Source: Ginglymostoma cirratum
Lineage: Eukaryota
Assembly (NCBI GenBank): GCA_024137785.1
Contig: JAHRHZ010000025.1
Span: 22,986,219 to 23,050,218 of the forward strand
DNA: 64,000 nucleotides
Direction of reading: 5' to 3'
Numbering within the stretch: position 1 is the first letter of the stretch; each line of letters starts with the position of its first letter. The notes below the pieces were generated by a model, which was not told where the DNA came from, did not search any database, and was given only the letters and a program-made list of their open reading frames with translations. The position numbers were made by a program, and so were the translations under genes. Shown one piece after another: positions 45,801-60,085 of this stretch.

Positions 45801-47749
45801 TATTGCAAAGACTACTGCCAATGTTAAATTCTCCTCCACAGTCTTTAAATATTGTTTTATGGAGTAGGCAGGGTGTGTGAGGGGTTGGGGGGGGGGGTGC
45901 ATCCTATTATTTTTATTGAAATTTTCAGTTTAGCTTTCAAATGGAAAGTCAGTCAAACATGTGCGCACACGACATGTTAATGGGACAATGAAGTGAATGT
46001 TGTTTCCTGGGTGATGCAGAACTTGCTGAAGAAACAAGTGTGATTACAATTCAAAAAAGGTAAAAATTCCCATATCATTGAATTAAAAGACCCTTTTAGT
46101 ACTCAGTTGTATAGAGGCAGAGAACAATGAGGTTGTTGGTTGCTTGAAGTGATTCTACGAAACATTACTATAGTTAAGAAATCACCCAAACTAAATCCGG
46201 AGATATATAGTTCCAAACTTATGGTGGCAAATACTACACATATAACTGCAGTCTTATCTTATAAAATGAGAGCACTGGAATAGAGGGACTACACAACAAT
46301 ACAGTTCAGCGTTTCATATGGAGACAATTTTCATCTGCTTACTGCCTGAAACAGACTGGAGAAAGGGAAGATTGACATGAGTTTTGAAATGAGAGCTGAC
46401 CAGCTGCCCAAGGCCTGCTTGAATTGATTTTCACTTCAGCCCAAAAATAGGCTGGACATCTTTTACAACTATGACTACCTGGATTGTAGAACACATGCAC
46501 GGTTTTCAGGCACAAATACAGAATGTTCAGCAGCAATCAAAGTTTGTTTTAATTGAACTGCTGAAGTTCCATCTTAAAAGTATTTTTACAGGAACAAGAG
46601 GAACATGTAAAATTGTCCTGCATGGATCCATAAGTACCTTCTTACCAGTGGAGCAAATGGTTAACTATATCATTAACCTACAAAAAGCTACATAGCATGT
46701 GTGTAGGAGCTATGTCCCAGTGAAGTGAGCTCACATGCAACTGGTATCTGTCTGTCATCAGACTCCTGTGCGCCTAGTGAGGGCAAGAATTGAAAATTTC
46801 CCTGCTGGTTTTTCAAACTTCGAGAACACATAATGGGTTTTTTGTTTTTTATGGCTTCTGAAGTTACTTTCAATAACATGTTTTCAAAATATTTAGAAGA
46901 AATTATTTTATTACCACTTTGGTTGGTACACATGTTGGTTGTTCTGAAATCAACTTTCAAAATTTGGGAGATAAGATGCAATCACTCTGCTCTGTTTCAG
47001 AAATGTAAGTTTGTGGTAGGACAATGACAGAGATGATGTGGGAGAAGCAGAGAATATTGAATAGAAAGTAATCAGATGTCTATTATCTACTTCTCTATTA
47101 ATTCTGCTGCATCTGACTTACAAACATTTCACACAGACTACCAATGTTGGGTTTTGGTTGAATTACTTGAAGGATTCCAAGCTGTATTGTCTTCCTGTCT
47201 CTAAGGAATAAAGAACTTAATTACACTTAGCCATAGTCTAAAGGAAACTTAACAGTGTTTAACAGGTTGAGAATTGCTCAAACCTGGGGATGATCTAGAG
47301 CTTGCCTACTGTAACTTCAGCTGTGATGTACTGGAAAATACACACATTTGAATTGCTGTTTTCTTCCCTTTTGATTTTGAAGCCAAAATATTGTTACACC
47401 CCTTTGAGATTTGTGAGAATGCCTCCTCTTTTGGGTTAGGGTTTTAAATAATTCTGTCATGTTCATCAGTTTTACTTTACATTTTCTAATTCTTTGTATT
47501 TACATTTTCATTTTCATGGATTGCTCAAGTTTGGAATCAACAAAATGAAATGTCCCACTGTGGGCTTTCTCAATACATAGTATGCCTTGATGTAAGGACA
47601 CTAAGCACAGGTCAGGCAGTCCTTCATAGTGAGGAAAAGTGAATGAGAGGGATGATAACCCCTGAGGTTGTTTGGATGCTGGCCTGTTGGTACATAGTGT
47701 CAACCCTAAACGCTGAAAATGCTAAACCAAAGGGATAGTGTGAGTGCCA

Positions 47750-48090
47750 GCCCTGGCTCAGTGATTACACCCGCTCCTCTGAATTAGAAGGATGTACTTT
47801 CAAGTCCCACTCCAAAGACTTGAGCATGAAGTATGAGCCAATACAGCAGCATGGAACTGAGGGATTTGCACTGCCGGAAGTGGTGCCTATGGAATGACAT
47901 TTTACACTGAGGTTCCTTCTACCTTCTATTATGGAAGTAAAGATCCCATTTCTCATAGATTTTCAGGGGATATTGCAATTTGTACTGAAATAGTGACCAC
48001 ACTTGAAAAGTACTTATTTGGTGGTATGGTATTTTGAAGATTGGGTAGTTCTCCTGCAATCATAAAGGTGTTTTATAAATGCAAGTCTAA
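47750..48090 (+). mobile_element. Old DeuSINE-like SINE
   Basis: tRNA-like head GCCCTGGCTCAGTG...TTCAAGTCCCACTCCAAAGACTTGAGC. Central ACTGAGGGATTTGCACTG...GTAAAGATCCCAT. Tail TATAAATGCAAGTCT. Confidence 0.7.
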
Positions 48091-49767
48091 TTTTTCAATA
48101 TTTATAATACTTACAAATACAAATACTTAAAAGAAACCTTACAGAAATAGACCTACATTTTATGACAGTAATGAAAGCATAATAGTCTGTGTCATTACTT
48201 CACTGAAACTGACAGCAATGTATAGAATGTGCTAGATGAGGCAGAAATCCAGAATCTGTTCATGGATTCCATGCTTCTTCAGACACCAGGTTATTGAGAC
48301 ACCTCCATGATTCTCCACCTTCATGCCCCCACCAACCCCCCCCCACTCCCCTCCCCACCCGAGGCAATCAATAATAATGGGAAATCAATTGAATTAACTG
48401 AATTTGCCAGTCTTATGCTGTAGGTCTGTGACAAAAAAAACCCTGATCCAGCCCCAAGCTTGTTATCCCTGAAAATGTTATGCCTTGTTGCATGAGGCGA
48501 ATCTCATTACTGCTAAATAACCTCACTAACCTATAAAAGTCAATTTTACAATTGTGGAATATTAAATTTCTTCATAAAGATAACATGATCCATATTTAAA
48601 AAAGTAAAGTTTGTTTATTTTTAACTTCTATTGTAATCCAATCATCACCATTTATTTTATGATTGGAAAGGTTAAATTAAAAGTGAGGGATATTATTTGT
48701 TTTTATCTTCCTGATTTGCTCTTTGTGAATACTACAATGTGTTTGGATGCTTACTTGCTTGCTGACATATTTGGAACCTGTGCTCCAAGATATCTCCAGT
48801 CTGCGAACAGAGAGGCTGTCTCCAAGATATCTCCTTGACTTGTCACCAGATATAAATGTCATCAGGAAAAGGGAAAACTACAACACAGAGAGGTTTTGAT
48901 TCATGTCAGCGGCTTTCTGAAGGTCAGCACCAAGCTCAATACTTAACCACTAACTGCAAGATCTGAGCCTGGAATAAACGCTTGGTCTTTTTTTTTGTGT
49001 GCTGAATATGTTGCAAACTTGAGGCCAAATGGTCTACTCCTGCTCCTAATTCTCTGATTTCCTTACCGCATCAAAGATCTGTTTTTGAAACAGCAGCAAT
49101 TTTTAGATGAGAGCATGGGCTGCCAATTCTGTGCTCCATTTCATTAAAATGTGAAGGGATTATGCTAAAGGGTTATTGACTAATATTGATTATGCTGAAT
49201 TTATCCAGCTTAATATACAGCACAATCAGCAGAAAATTTTGTTGTATTCTGTTACAGCCATACTAATATGTGAACATCAATGGAGCAAATTCTCATGATT
49301 CCAAGCCTGCCATTATAAACAAAATGTTCTGGCTGAAGCTCCCTTAAATCTAGAGACCAAACTCTTTGAGGAATACACTTGTTTTGGCCAGACTTCACAA
49401 GGTTATGCTAATGTGGTTCAACCTTGTACCTTGTTTTACTGTAAAACAGAGACAGAAAAAAAGTATTTTTGAAGCAACTGTTTTAAACCCTGTCTGCCAG
49501 AAAGGTTCTAGAGAGCGTGCAAGCAGAAATAAGGATTTTCTGTCCATTATAATAATGAAATCTTACAATATGTTCATGTTCTTGTTTGGAATGTTCAGAT
49601 CACACACAGGACCATTATTTGCACCACTGGATAATGACTTGGCAAAGGCAGTAACCATTGGCTGTGGCCAACTGGTGGTTTTAATATTGAAATTTTAAGC
49701 ATCATTATGGAGGGAGATAACACTTATTTAAACAAATTCTTGCAGCAGATGATGCAGGCTGTGACCT

Positions 49768-49900
49768 AGTTTTGAAGAAGGGTTATTTGAACATGCAAAG
49801 TTAACTCTATCTCTTTCCACAGATGCTGCCAGATCTGCTGAATTTCTCCAACAATTTCAGGTTTTGTTTCAGATTCCCAGCATCCACAGCTCTTTCTTTT
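49768..49900 (+). mobile_element. Old PLE terminal-repeat short element with decayed hammerhead
   Basis: AGTTTTGAAGAAGGGTTA...GTTAACTCT...CCACAGATGCTGCCAGATCTGCTGAATTTCTCCAAC...TTTCAGATTCCCAGCATC. Confidence 0.75.
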
Positions 49901-51511
49901 ATTTAATGACCCAATTCTCACTTCTTTACCCTTTAAGAAGAAAGCACCTTATGGGCCAGACATATGCTGGCACATCTTCGGTCTCTCAGATCATGAATCT
50001 GCAAATCCTACACCACATATGCTCAACCCATGGGGAAAGTGGTAAACTTTATCTTCAGCTGTTACCTAGCTGTGGTCTGTCCTTCTGCTCACCCAAACTT
50101 AAAACCGCAGGATTACAAATATCTGGCATGGAACACAAAATGCTATCACTATGTGTTTTAATAGGATGCCAGCCAGAAAATAGCTTAGATCTGGGACAAA
50201 ATTCAGAATTTCCAAATATTGGAATTTTAGCCCCACTGAATAGCTGTGGTTTTGGTGTTGGAATACACTTTGGCACTCCTCCTGATTAGCCGAGTAATGC
50301 AGTGGAGTGGTTCCATTTTCATTTTTAAAGAGAGGTGCTTATTTTACAAGATACTATCCTACTTTTCTTTGATAAATCTCAGTGATTTATTCCTCTTATG
50401 CGTCCACTAATAACGTCCAAACAAACCAAGGGTTAGGTAGACCTACGACTGAAAGACCATGTGCATAATATGGGGCATCAAGACTAATCACTTCAATGGG
50501 AGTCTTCCAATGTCCTCCCTTCTTTTTCTGGTCTCTAGTTAGTGTATATGCTTATTAAACTTTCCTGTGTAGAAATAAAACTTCATTTCTCTAGCAGATT
50601 TCATGAATTCCACAGTTCCCAAATTGCTTTACAGCAATTACCAATTCATAACTGTTATCACCACAGGAAAATTCACAAAGGTTTATTGTGACCCAATCAA
50701 GAATGTGTTTGTTATAACTGGAATATAAGCTTTTCTTTTTGATGGTTAATATTGTTGACTGCTGCAGCACTTGGGTAATTTGGAGGAACTTCATAACAAG
50801 TTCAGCCTGAGTTGTAGTTTACCAGTTGATCTGACCATATTTATAAGCATCCCAGCACTATGATTCCTCCATTCTAATAAGGATGGGATCCTGACACCAC
50901 AATTTCAAGCAGAATATATCAAAAAGTGGAATTCCACTAATTGCTATTGTCCCCAATTCCTCCAGAACTGTGGTTGAAACCGATTTAATAAAATACAGTT
51001 CAAAAAGATGTCCAGATAAAGATTACCTCATCGCCTAGTTTTGCCTGTTTAAAACACCAATTTTCAGTAAGTACAATAGCCAATAACCTAAAAGAAAGTT
51101 GGTAAACAGTGATGTTAGCATAGAATGAGAATGATTTTATAAACACGCTTAGAATTCAAACACTGGTTTGCAGACACTTGAAACAGTTATCTCTTAGGAC
51201 AGTCAGGATCTACTGGCTATCTCGTTGCTGAATGGACAAACAGATTCAGGATCCAATATGGCAGCAACAGCTGAAGCCATGTGTGCATGAGGCTGTCATT
51301 TCAATGGGCAACTGCACATGGTGGGCATGTGACCTTCTCCCACCGAGAACCATGAAAGTGGCACTGATAGCTACTGAAAAGATGTGATCAACAATGGCTC
51401 ACTCCGAGAGCAGTCTGGCAAAAGAAGAGCGCCACTTCTGTCCAATGAGTTTTTTGCACCATGAGGAATCAACTATTTCTTGAGGTACTGGATCTTAGAT
51501 AACCCCTAGGT

Positions 51512-52150
51512 TCATAAAATAGGAGAACGTAGGAAATTGGAATGGATATAGGCTATTTGGCTGCTCAAGCCTGCTCCATGATTCAACAAGATCATGGTTA
51601 GTCTACTCCATATCTCAATTCCTCTTTTATGCCAGCTTACCACAGCCATCAACTCCATATATTTTGAAAATGTAAATGCTTCCTCTTTAAATATTTTGAG
51701 TGATCTAGCCTCCACAGATTTTTTGGGGGTAGGGAATTCCATACACTCACTACTGCAGGAAGAAATTCCTTTGCATCTCAGTTAAAGTGTCCCCTTATCC
51801 TGTAACTATATCCTCTAGTTCAAGATTCCCCCACTATTGGAAACATATTCTCAAAACCTACTCAGTCAAGCCCTGTCAGAATCATTTATGTTTTAATAAG
51901 ACTGATCCTTGTTCTTCCGATCTCAAATGAATAAAAGCCTAACCTGTTTAGTGGTTTTTGATACTTCAGAATTCAGCCCTGTGAATTTCTTTTGAACTGC
52001 CTCCAATGCCAGTATATCCTGTCTGAAATACGTAAAAAACTGTACACAAAATCCAGGTGCAGCCTCACCAATACCCCTTACAGTCATATTCCCTATTTCT
52101 AAACTCTGACCCCTCGCAATAAAGGCCAAAATTCCATTTTCATTCTTAAT
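51512..52150 (-). mobile_element. CR1-type LINE 3' region
   Basis: NGILAFIARG...FCVQFFTYFRQDILALEAVQKKFTGL; KKSVEARSLKIFKEE; UTR. Confidence 0.85.
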
Positions 52151-52371
52151 ATACACGTTTAGTCACTCCAAATAGCTTAGCCTGAGGAAGCAGTGGGACA
52201 GCATATGGCGACTTTTAAATTCTTTGTTATAAGAGATAAGGTGCATTTATGACATGCTAAGTTGGTCATAAAAATATTAAAGATTGACAGAACCATGTAA
52301 AGCTAAGGGACATTACATCTATTGAGATTATGTCCATACTCTTTTGATATTTCTCTATGTGAGATGTCCAC

Positions 52372-52800
52372 TTTTTTATTCATTCATGGGCTATAAGCAT
52401 TGCTGACTAGAATAGCATTTATTGCTCATCCCTAACCATCCTGGAGAAGGTAGTGGTGAGCTGGCTTCTTAAACTGCTATTAAGTATCCTTAAAGTGTAA
52501 GGATGCTCACATGTGCTATTAGGAATGAAGTTACAGTATTTTGACCCCAGGAACGGTAAAGGAACAATGACTTAGGATGGAGTGTGGCTTGGACGGGAAC
52601 TTGCAGATTGTGGTATTCCCATGTCACTGCTGTCCTTGTCCTCCTACATGTTAGAGATTGTAGGTTTGGAAAGTACTGTTGGAGAAGCCTTGGTGAGTTA
52701 CTACAGGGCCTCTTATAGCTGGTACTCACTGTTGCTACTGTGTATTGGTGGCGGATGTTGATGCTGATGGATGGGATGCCAATTAACCTAGATGCTGCCA
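52372..52800 (-). mobile_element. LINE (CR1/L2 group) 3' end
   Basis: ININIRHQYTVATVSTSYKRPCSNSPRLLQQYFPNLQ-type C-terminus. Tail GGTTAGGGATGAGCAATAAATGCT...CCCATGAATGAATAAAAAA. Confidence 0.75.
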
Positions 52801-53929
52801 AAACCCTTGAATGTTTTCGGAGCTGCAAAGGAGCATTGAGAAAAGTTTATTGGAGATTTTGATATGCGGTTTGGTTATGGATGTATATAACCTGCCATTC
52901 CTTGAAAAATCACGTACGCAGTATAATCAAATTGACTCTCAGGCACTCCGAACACAGACACAGCAGAGTATGCACCACCTCTGTGCTTTTGCATCTCTGT
53001 TGACTTTTTTGACTTTCGTCACTGAAAGGGTTAATGGGGCTTGCTTCCTACGCAGCATGTTCTGACAAGTTAGAGCCGGCTAAAGCCCTCTCAGCAGGAC
53101 TGTTTAGGAAATGCTATTAACAACTAATCGTTTTACAAACTCTGAGAAACTGCCTTACAGTCAAACAACAATCAGCTGGGCTAATTTATAATGAAATAAT
53201 TTATGCTAAAGACTTTCCTGAGTGTTAATGGCCGCTGGATATAACAGCCTGATTAACATCAATGTGACAATAATTTCTGAGAATTCCGTGCTCTTTCTTA
53301 ACTATTGGGAACAGCTTCTACTTTCAAAACAACAAGAAGAAAATGTTTGAATACCATACTTACTGGAAATATAACGCTCTGAAAGCAAAGTTTAGATTTA
53401 GACTCTCCAACTCGAGACAGTTTGCTTTTTTCCAGCACTCCTGTGAATGGCTTCCATATCTAAATTCTGTTCTGGTTTGAAAAGACTGAAGAGTGTTGCC
53501 TCTTCAAAAGGAGGAAAGTGTTGCTTGCTGAGAATGGATTAATCCCTATTAAAGACTTGTGTACCTGCTCTATAGGTTTGTATAGTGCTGGGATATCAGT
53601 GGAGGTGGTCAGCAATGTGGAGAAGTGGAGTAACAGATGGAACAAATCCTACCAAATGAATTATGGCACCATAGAGTGAACTGTGAAGAAACCAAAGAGC
53701 CATTCACAGCCGTGATTGCTGATAATATAAAGAACAGCAATTTGGTTCTTGACTGTGTCAAAGTCTTTGGGATGGGAACATCAAATGAATCATCAAAATC
53801 TTCAGGAGTTACTAAAGTGTGTAAGCAACTAAGAGGCCCAGTCCTGATGCATCCCTGAACACTGGAATATTCAAGGTGGTTAATTTGATAGTTCATGACA
53901 TTTTACGTCATTTTGGAAAGCCCTTAGTG

Positions 53930-54340
53930 CATCCTATTGCAGCTCAGAAACAAGCCAATTAGCCAAAAAAGCCTGTTCCAGTGTTTGTGCCCCACATAAA
54001 CCTCATACTCATGTATCCTTCTACTTCTTTCTCCATCATGTGTTAATCTAGCTTCCCATTTAATTCATCCATGATATTCACCTCGCTTACTTCTTGATGT
54101 TGCAGGTTCCATGTCGTAACTTCTCTCCGTGTAAGGAGGTTTCTCCTGAATTTTGCATTGGATTTAATAATAACTATCTAATGTGCTTAGCCTCTAACTT
54201 TCAGCTTACACATAAGTAAAAATATCTTTTCTACAGCTACTCTATTACAATTCTAAAGACCGTTATCAACTCAGATCTCACGTTCCACCTATCCAGAGAA
54301 AGCTTCATTATATTCAGATGTATATGACCCTCAGTTTCTG
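53930..54340 (-). mobile_element. Old CR1-type 3' fragment
   Basis: Patchy similarity to 820-1320 and 59701-60085 (CAGGTTCCATGTCGTAACTTCTCTCCGTGTAAGGAGGTTTCTCCTGAA). Confidence 0.55.
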
Positions 54341-57307
54341 ATGTGACATCAAATGGGCAGTTGTTAAAGGGAATTAGAGATTTTACAGCCTTACCCTTAA
54401 GTATTCTTACTTGACGTTATACAGTTTCTATTTCATTCCAGTACATACAACAGTATTCTAAGTAACATTTGTGCCACACAAAGCAGCAGCTCCTGATGTA
54501 GAGGGACAGGCGTGACTGCATGTCCTAACTTTCATGAAGGATATGGGGCTGACCATTTCTGGCACACCCATTTCTGAAGCCAGCAGTGGAGATGACAACA
54601 AAGTAATGGTATCCTCATATCAAATCATCCTCACACCGCACTAGCCCCTCATCACACGTTCTGTTCCATTTGCATTCTTCTGTACAGAAAGTTAGCAGTT
54701 TTCCAACCATGCTGTATCCACTGGAGAACTATGACAGGCAAATGGAAGGCACACATAGGTGACTATAGCATGAAATGTGGCATTGGACCACTTCTAAGTT
54801 TGGCTTGGAATGTCTATTTTAGCACTTGGCCCAATGGAGGCTGTGAAGATCAGTATCAGGTAGTTAGTCCGGGATCACACTGCTGGTGACCAGGAAATCA
54901 GGGCTGCAGCTCTTAGTGTTGTAGTTTGATTAGCTCTTCATAATCAATCCCTACACGAAAGGGGCTGTCTAGAATTCATGATTACTTTACTCATGTCTGG
55001 AAGCAGCCAGATTGTGCAGAAGCTTTGAAAGCAGCTTTCTGCACCTTCCACAGCATTCCTTGCAGACTTCAACAACTTGAAACAACCAGAGAAAACACCA
55101 AACACTTGTAGAGTTGTAGCAACATCCACAGAATAATCAATCAGCAACTTCCTTTAAATAATGCTAATGGAGTTGCCTTAAACCTGCTGAATGTATGTTC
55201 AGCTGGGTGAAGTTAACATTGGGTGGTAGCTGTATTGTTGAATTCCAAAGCACTAATGGCGTCAAATCAGTACTGGTGATCTTCCTGCCTTGGGTAGCTC
55301 CAGAAGATTTGGAAGCTCTTACCTATTTCTTTCATCACAATTTGCCCCACAATTGGCTTTATGTGTTATTGACACCATTTTGGAGCCCAAAGTGCACTTG
55401 TTGTGAACAGTAACAAGTCCATTATAGCTTGGGAACAAAGAGTTTCTCTGAATTTTGAGCAGATAAATCTGCATCAGATGCATTTAAAAGTCACTCAAAT
55501 TGACTAACTCCTTGTGCATTTGGCAGAGCAGATTTGACACTGCAGTAGATTCATACTCTGGGTGACATCAAGCCCAAACCGAGCAGGTTTGAGGTAGGAT
55601 TGTGAGAACGCATTTCCTGTCAGTCAGGTTGGAAGCCACTTTGCAGCCAAACTAAATTTGTATGCCCTGATTTTATGAAATTGCACACAGTCAGTATGTA
55701 TGGTTGTGATGTGTGTACACTTTATTTGATTCACTGAATGTGGAGTACAATATATCTGGCAATGTTGGGTAGAATCTTGTCGAGGCAATCGGGGTCTCAC
55801 CTGTTGGCTGGAGAGACAGTCAGGCGCCCGCATTGCCACCTTGCAGGGAGGTTGGCTCACAGTGTGGCAATTCAGGCAGTGATGAGGCCAGTTGTGGGCA
55901 TTACAGCAAAAGCATGACCCCAAAAGTTGGCACACCGACATTTACAGTGCTGGCATCCAACTTACAATAAAAGCCACCACCTAGAGTTCTTCTCCTTTAA
56001 AAGTTGTGATAACCACGTGGTGCTTCTTGAATAACAGCTACTGCTGATGTTCCTGCAAAGAGACTATAGTTGAATATTGTTGAGAGCTTCTAGGACCTTG
56101 AGACATATAGAGACCGCACACAAGCCTAATGCAAAATATTGTCATTTTATGCCCATAATGCATAAGCATAGAGAAAGACTTCACCAGTGCCTTCTTCCAT
56201 CAGGTCTCAGTTCCATTTGATCTGACACTGTCATGATGTAACTCCTTACACACATGTTCAGGAGCTAGTATTAAATATTGTCCAGTTAACCCTTTACGCA
56301 ACAGTGATTGTACTCGAATATTGCTCAGTGTAAAACCACTCCTTTCATAAAGGCAGTGAGATTGGCATGAAGAACAGCAATAGCGACATGGAAGCACAGT
56401 TAAGTGCACTGTCCAGCTGGTGCCTTCTTTCCAGAAGGCAAGTGATGCCCCTGTTATCCCAGGCAATCGTGGAAGTTGTCACTTGAACATAATGAGATCA
56501 CACGTGTGGATAATATGACCTTATTTTGGGCTCCAAGTATTTGCTTGCAAAATCAGGCATTCTGAAAATGGGATGCTTAATGTTGGGCACCTGACCTGTG
56601 GCCATTGCATGTAATGGTTGTGTAGGGCCTCACCAAATTTACCCTGGAATATAAGTGCATCTTTTATGGATGTTTGATCGCTTTTTCTTGAACACAAAGA
56701 CCATGTTATTTTTCAAACTAGCCCAATGACATTGCCAACTACATAGCCTGTGACTCGCTCTAAGAATAGCCCAGAAGTGACTCTACCATTATAAGTGATC
56801 CATTGACAACAGCATCACATGAACGTCTCTGACCTTGAAATTAATCCTTTTATCCTTCTCACTTGTTCTGAGTTTAGCCGACTTTTGCTACGTCTTAGAA
56901 CATTTACACTTCTTTCCATTTTCAGTAGTGTTTATTTGTGTTAATTATTTTTATTTCTAGCTTCCTTACTTTGTTCCTGGAAGTTCAATTAACATCAGAA
57001 TTGCTACATCATTACAATGATGAGAACAGGTAGGTAGCTCAAACATTGCACTGTTTTTCAGGTGGTGTAATTTGCGATTGATATCTGAGGCAGGAATTCT
57101 TTATTAAGTTGCTAAGAGTGTCATTAAACCGTCATGGTCAAGGGTTCAAAAGACCGTGACAAAAATTAAATCAATCTATTGGGAAAAAACAGCTACTTGA
57201 AGATGTATTTGAATTTTATCCAAGATCTGCCCTAATACCTCCCTTTGAAACTTGTTACTCTTTATAGTGCCTCCTTAGTACACCCCGAACAACCCCTCCT
57301 TAGTACA

Positions 57308-57388
57308 TCTCAAGGGCAACTAGGGATGGGCAAGAAATGCTGGCCAGCCAGCGATGCCCACATCCAACAAAATGTATAGAAAAAAAAG
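57308..57388 (+). mobile_element. Very short 5'-truncated LINE/SINE tail
   Basis: TCAAGGGCAACTAGGGATGGGCAAGAAATGCTGGCCAGCCAGCGATGCCCACATCC followed by an A-rich end. Confidence 0.7.
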
Positions 57389-59154
57389 AACAGAGACAAT
57401 CTGGGCAGTTGATCCTTCCCAGCTATTTTAATATCATTTCACATCTGATTGATGGGATGAGCTGTCAATAACAGGGCAACCCTGTCTCTGCACACTGAGA
57501 CTGAATGTTCTATCACACCGTGCCGCTCTTTCTATGGCCCTGGCTGAACACTCAGAACTTGCCTTCAATAAACTTGAGTAAAAGGCAGCCTTGGGACTCA
57601 AAATCATGAACATCTGCTTGAGAGGCAGGTACTCCACCAGCTGTGCTACTGGGCTTCATTTCCTCTTGTTATGGAAGCAATATCATTTCAAGTGTTTTAT
57701 GTCTGGCCTTTGGTAACACTTTTGCATCAAACAATAAATAAAAAAATACCAAAGCTGAAGTTTCCTTTTCTCAATAAAAAATGTGGTAGTTCACATTGCA
57801 AATGGAGAAATATTCTGTGCTCCCTCCAGCTGAAATCATCAGAAATCATTCAAAGAAAATCAATTCCAATTACAGCTGTACCAACTAATTATTTTGGTAA
57901 TTAAATATTCTGTCAATTACCCTGATACGTTATCAAATATTTGACTGCATTAAACTTGGCAGTTTCCTTGTTAAGTAGAGATCTGAGAGTAACATCTCAA
58001 CATTATATTGAATGACACACAGATTGTTTAGAATAGATTTTCAAATGTAACATGTGTCCACTAGCCACCCAATAAACTGAAGACTGCAGAGTCGTTCATT
58101 GTGAGTTTGCTTCTTTGTTGTTAGCAAAGTGTTGATCTAAAGGGCCAGAACAGATTGTGTGCAATTTTTGACCATGGCCAGTGCAGCTTGATAGCAAAAT
58201 GATTAAAGGCATTATTATAGTACAGGTACAGTTTGTGAGCACTGCTTGCTGAGAGGGATATGAGCTGTGGAGACATGAGTTATGCTCACAATTCCGTGTC
58301 ACTGTCTGGTAGGGAGAAAAGGAGCTCTGAGCAAGCATATTCACAACTCTGCTCACTGGCATCTGAATGCAAGTTAAGTTTTAGTATTAAGTTTCGTTTG
58401 GTTCACTTCACTGTCTGTGAACTTTCAAAAAAAATTGAGAATGAAGTTTTACAGAGCTCCCAGATGCCTCTATTTTATGGCAGATGTAAAACAAGTTTGG
58501 CCTAATGCAGTTCATGTGACTTCACACTTGAACTTGCATGGATGGAGGATAAAACACCAGCAAAGTTCAGTGAAGTCAAACTGCCTATTCCTATATTGTG
58601 AATTCTCTTATACTGTTCAACCAGGGTTGATTCAGAAGGTAAAATATTTTTGATACAATGCGGTTAGTTTTAACTCCTGGGTAGGAGCAAAACAATGAGC
58701 GATCTTTCCATTCAATAGCACAAGCAGGGAGTCATTACCTGGTCGCCTTCCTGACGAAATCAGTTCTCTGTAAGCGAGATAAGGTTGAACAGTGAATGAG
58801 ATGGTTCCTCAAAGGATGCTTCAGAATGTTCAGGGGCGTTTACAGATGGCGACAAACCCCTAAGATGGCTTTTCCTTTGACATCTTGCTGCAAAGTTATA
58901 TTACCTTTTTCAAACTCATTGAAGCTTTTCACTGTTGCACTAGAATTGTATTTCTTTTCCAGCTGCGGAGATGAGGCAGGAAAGCGCAGTTCTCATTCTG
59001 CTACTCCACATGCTAAACGAGCATTCTGGGGAAAGTTGCGTTTGTTTCTAGAGGTCATATTGGTGATTGTTAGGACTGCCTTCTCACAAATCCACAAAGA
59101 GGAGCAATAGCCAGACCTCACAGTGTCAGCCATGTTAGCAGATTTAAGTGTACA

Positions 59155-59520
59155 CTGTGGCTCAGTTCGTAGTCATGTGGTCTTGGGTTCAAGTCCCATT
59201 CTGGGGTTTAAGTACAATAGTCAAAGGTGACACTCTGCAGAGTGGTGCTGAGGCAGTGCGACTTGGGTTGATGTCAAAGATCCCATGGCAGTAATTTGAA
59301 GAAGAGCAATTGAGTTATTCCTTGTGGTTCTAGCCAATATTTATCTCTCAATCAACATCGCAAAGAAACAGCTTAATCGGTCATTATCGTATTGTTCTGT
59401 TGTGTGCTTAATGGCTGCCACAGCTCTGACATTGCAACAGTAGCCACATTTCAAAAAGCACCTCTTTGGATGTAAAATGCTTTGAGACAACCAGTGATCA
59501 TGAAAAGCTCTGTATAATTT
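59155..59520 (+). mobile_element. Old DeuSINE-like SINE
   Basis: CTGTGGCTCAGTT...GGGTTCAAGTCCCA...AAAGATCCCATGGCA..ATTTGAAGAAGAGCA...GCCAATATTTATCTCTCAATCAACATC. Confidence 0.7.
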
Positions 59521-59700
59521 TGTCTAGTATTAAGCCAAGTACTAACTCCCATCAACTCATCACGATTATGTCCTGACAAATAATTACTGTTTACAAATCG
59601 ACCAATAACACAGAATGTAAACTTCAAGTTGCATCATAAGTGGAATAGTTTTAGCTGGATAGGTAAAATGGCAACTCTAGTTGCAAAGTGTTAATATTCC

Positions 59701-60085
59701 CATAGAACATAGAACATAGAACAATACAGCGCAGAACAGGCCCTTCGGCCCTCGATGTTGCGCCGACTTGTGAACTAATCTAAGCCCACCCCCTACACTA
59801 TCCCATCATCATCCATATGCTTATCCAAGGACTGTTTAAATGCCCCTAATGTGGCTGAGTTAACTACATTGGCAGGCAGGGCATTCCACGCCCTTACCAC
59901 TCTCTGAATAAAGAACCTGCCTCTGACATCTGTCTTAAATCTATCACCCCTCAATTTGCAGCTATGCCCCCTCGTACTAGCCGACGTCATCATCCTAGGA
60001 AAAGGACTCTCACTGTCCACCCTATCTAATCCTCTGATCATTTTGTATGTCTCTGTTAAATCCCCTCTTAGCCTTCTTCTCTCCC
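59701..60085 (-). mobile_element. Young CR1-type LINE 3' end with a tandem-repeat tail
   Basis: Uninterrupted ERRRLRGDLTETYKMIRGLDRVDSE...TRGHSCKLRGDRFKTDVRGRFFIQRVVRAWNALP. (CATAGAA)3 tail at 59701-59721. Possible TSD TCCCAT. Confidence 0.95.

Noticed and set aside
57270-57307. 13-bp direct repeat CCTCCTTAGTACA
   Set aside because: A small local duplication beside a retroposon tail, with no evidence of function.
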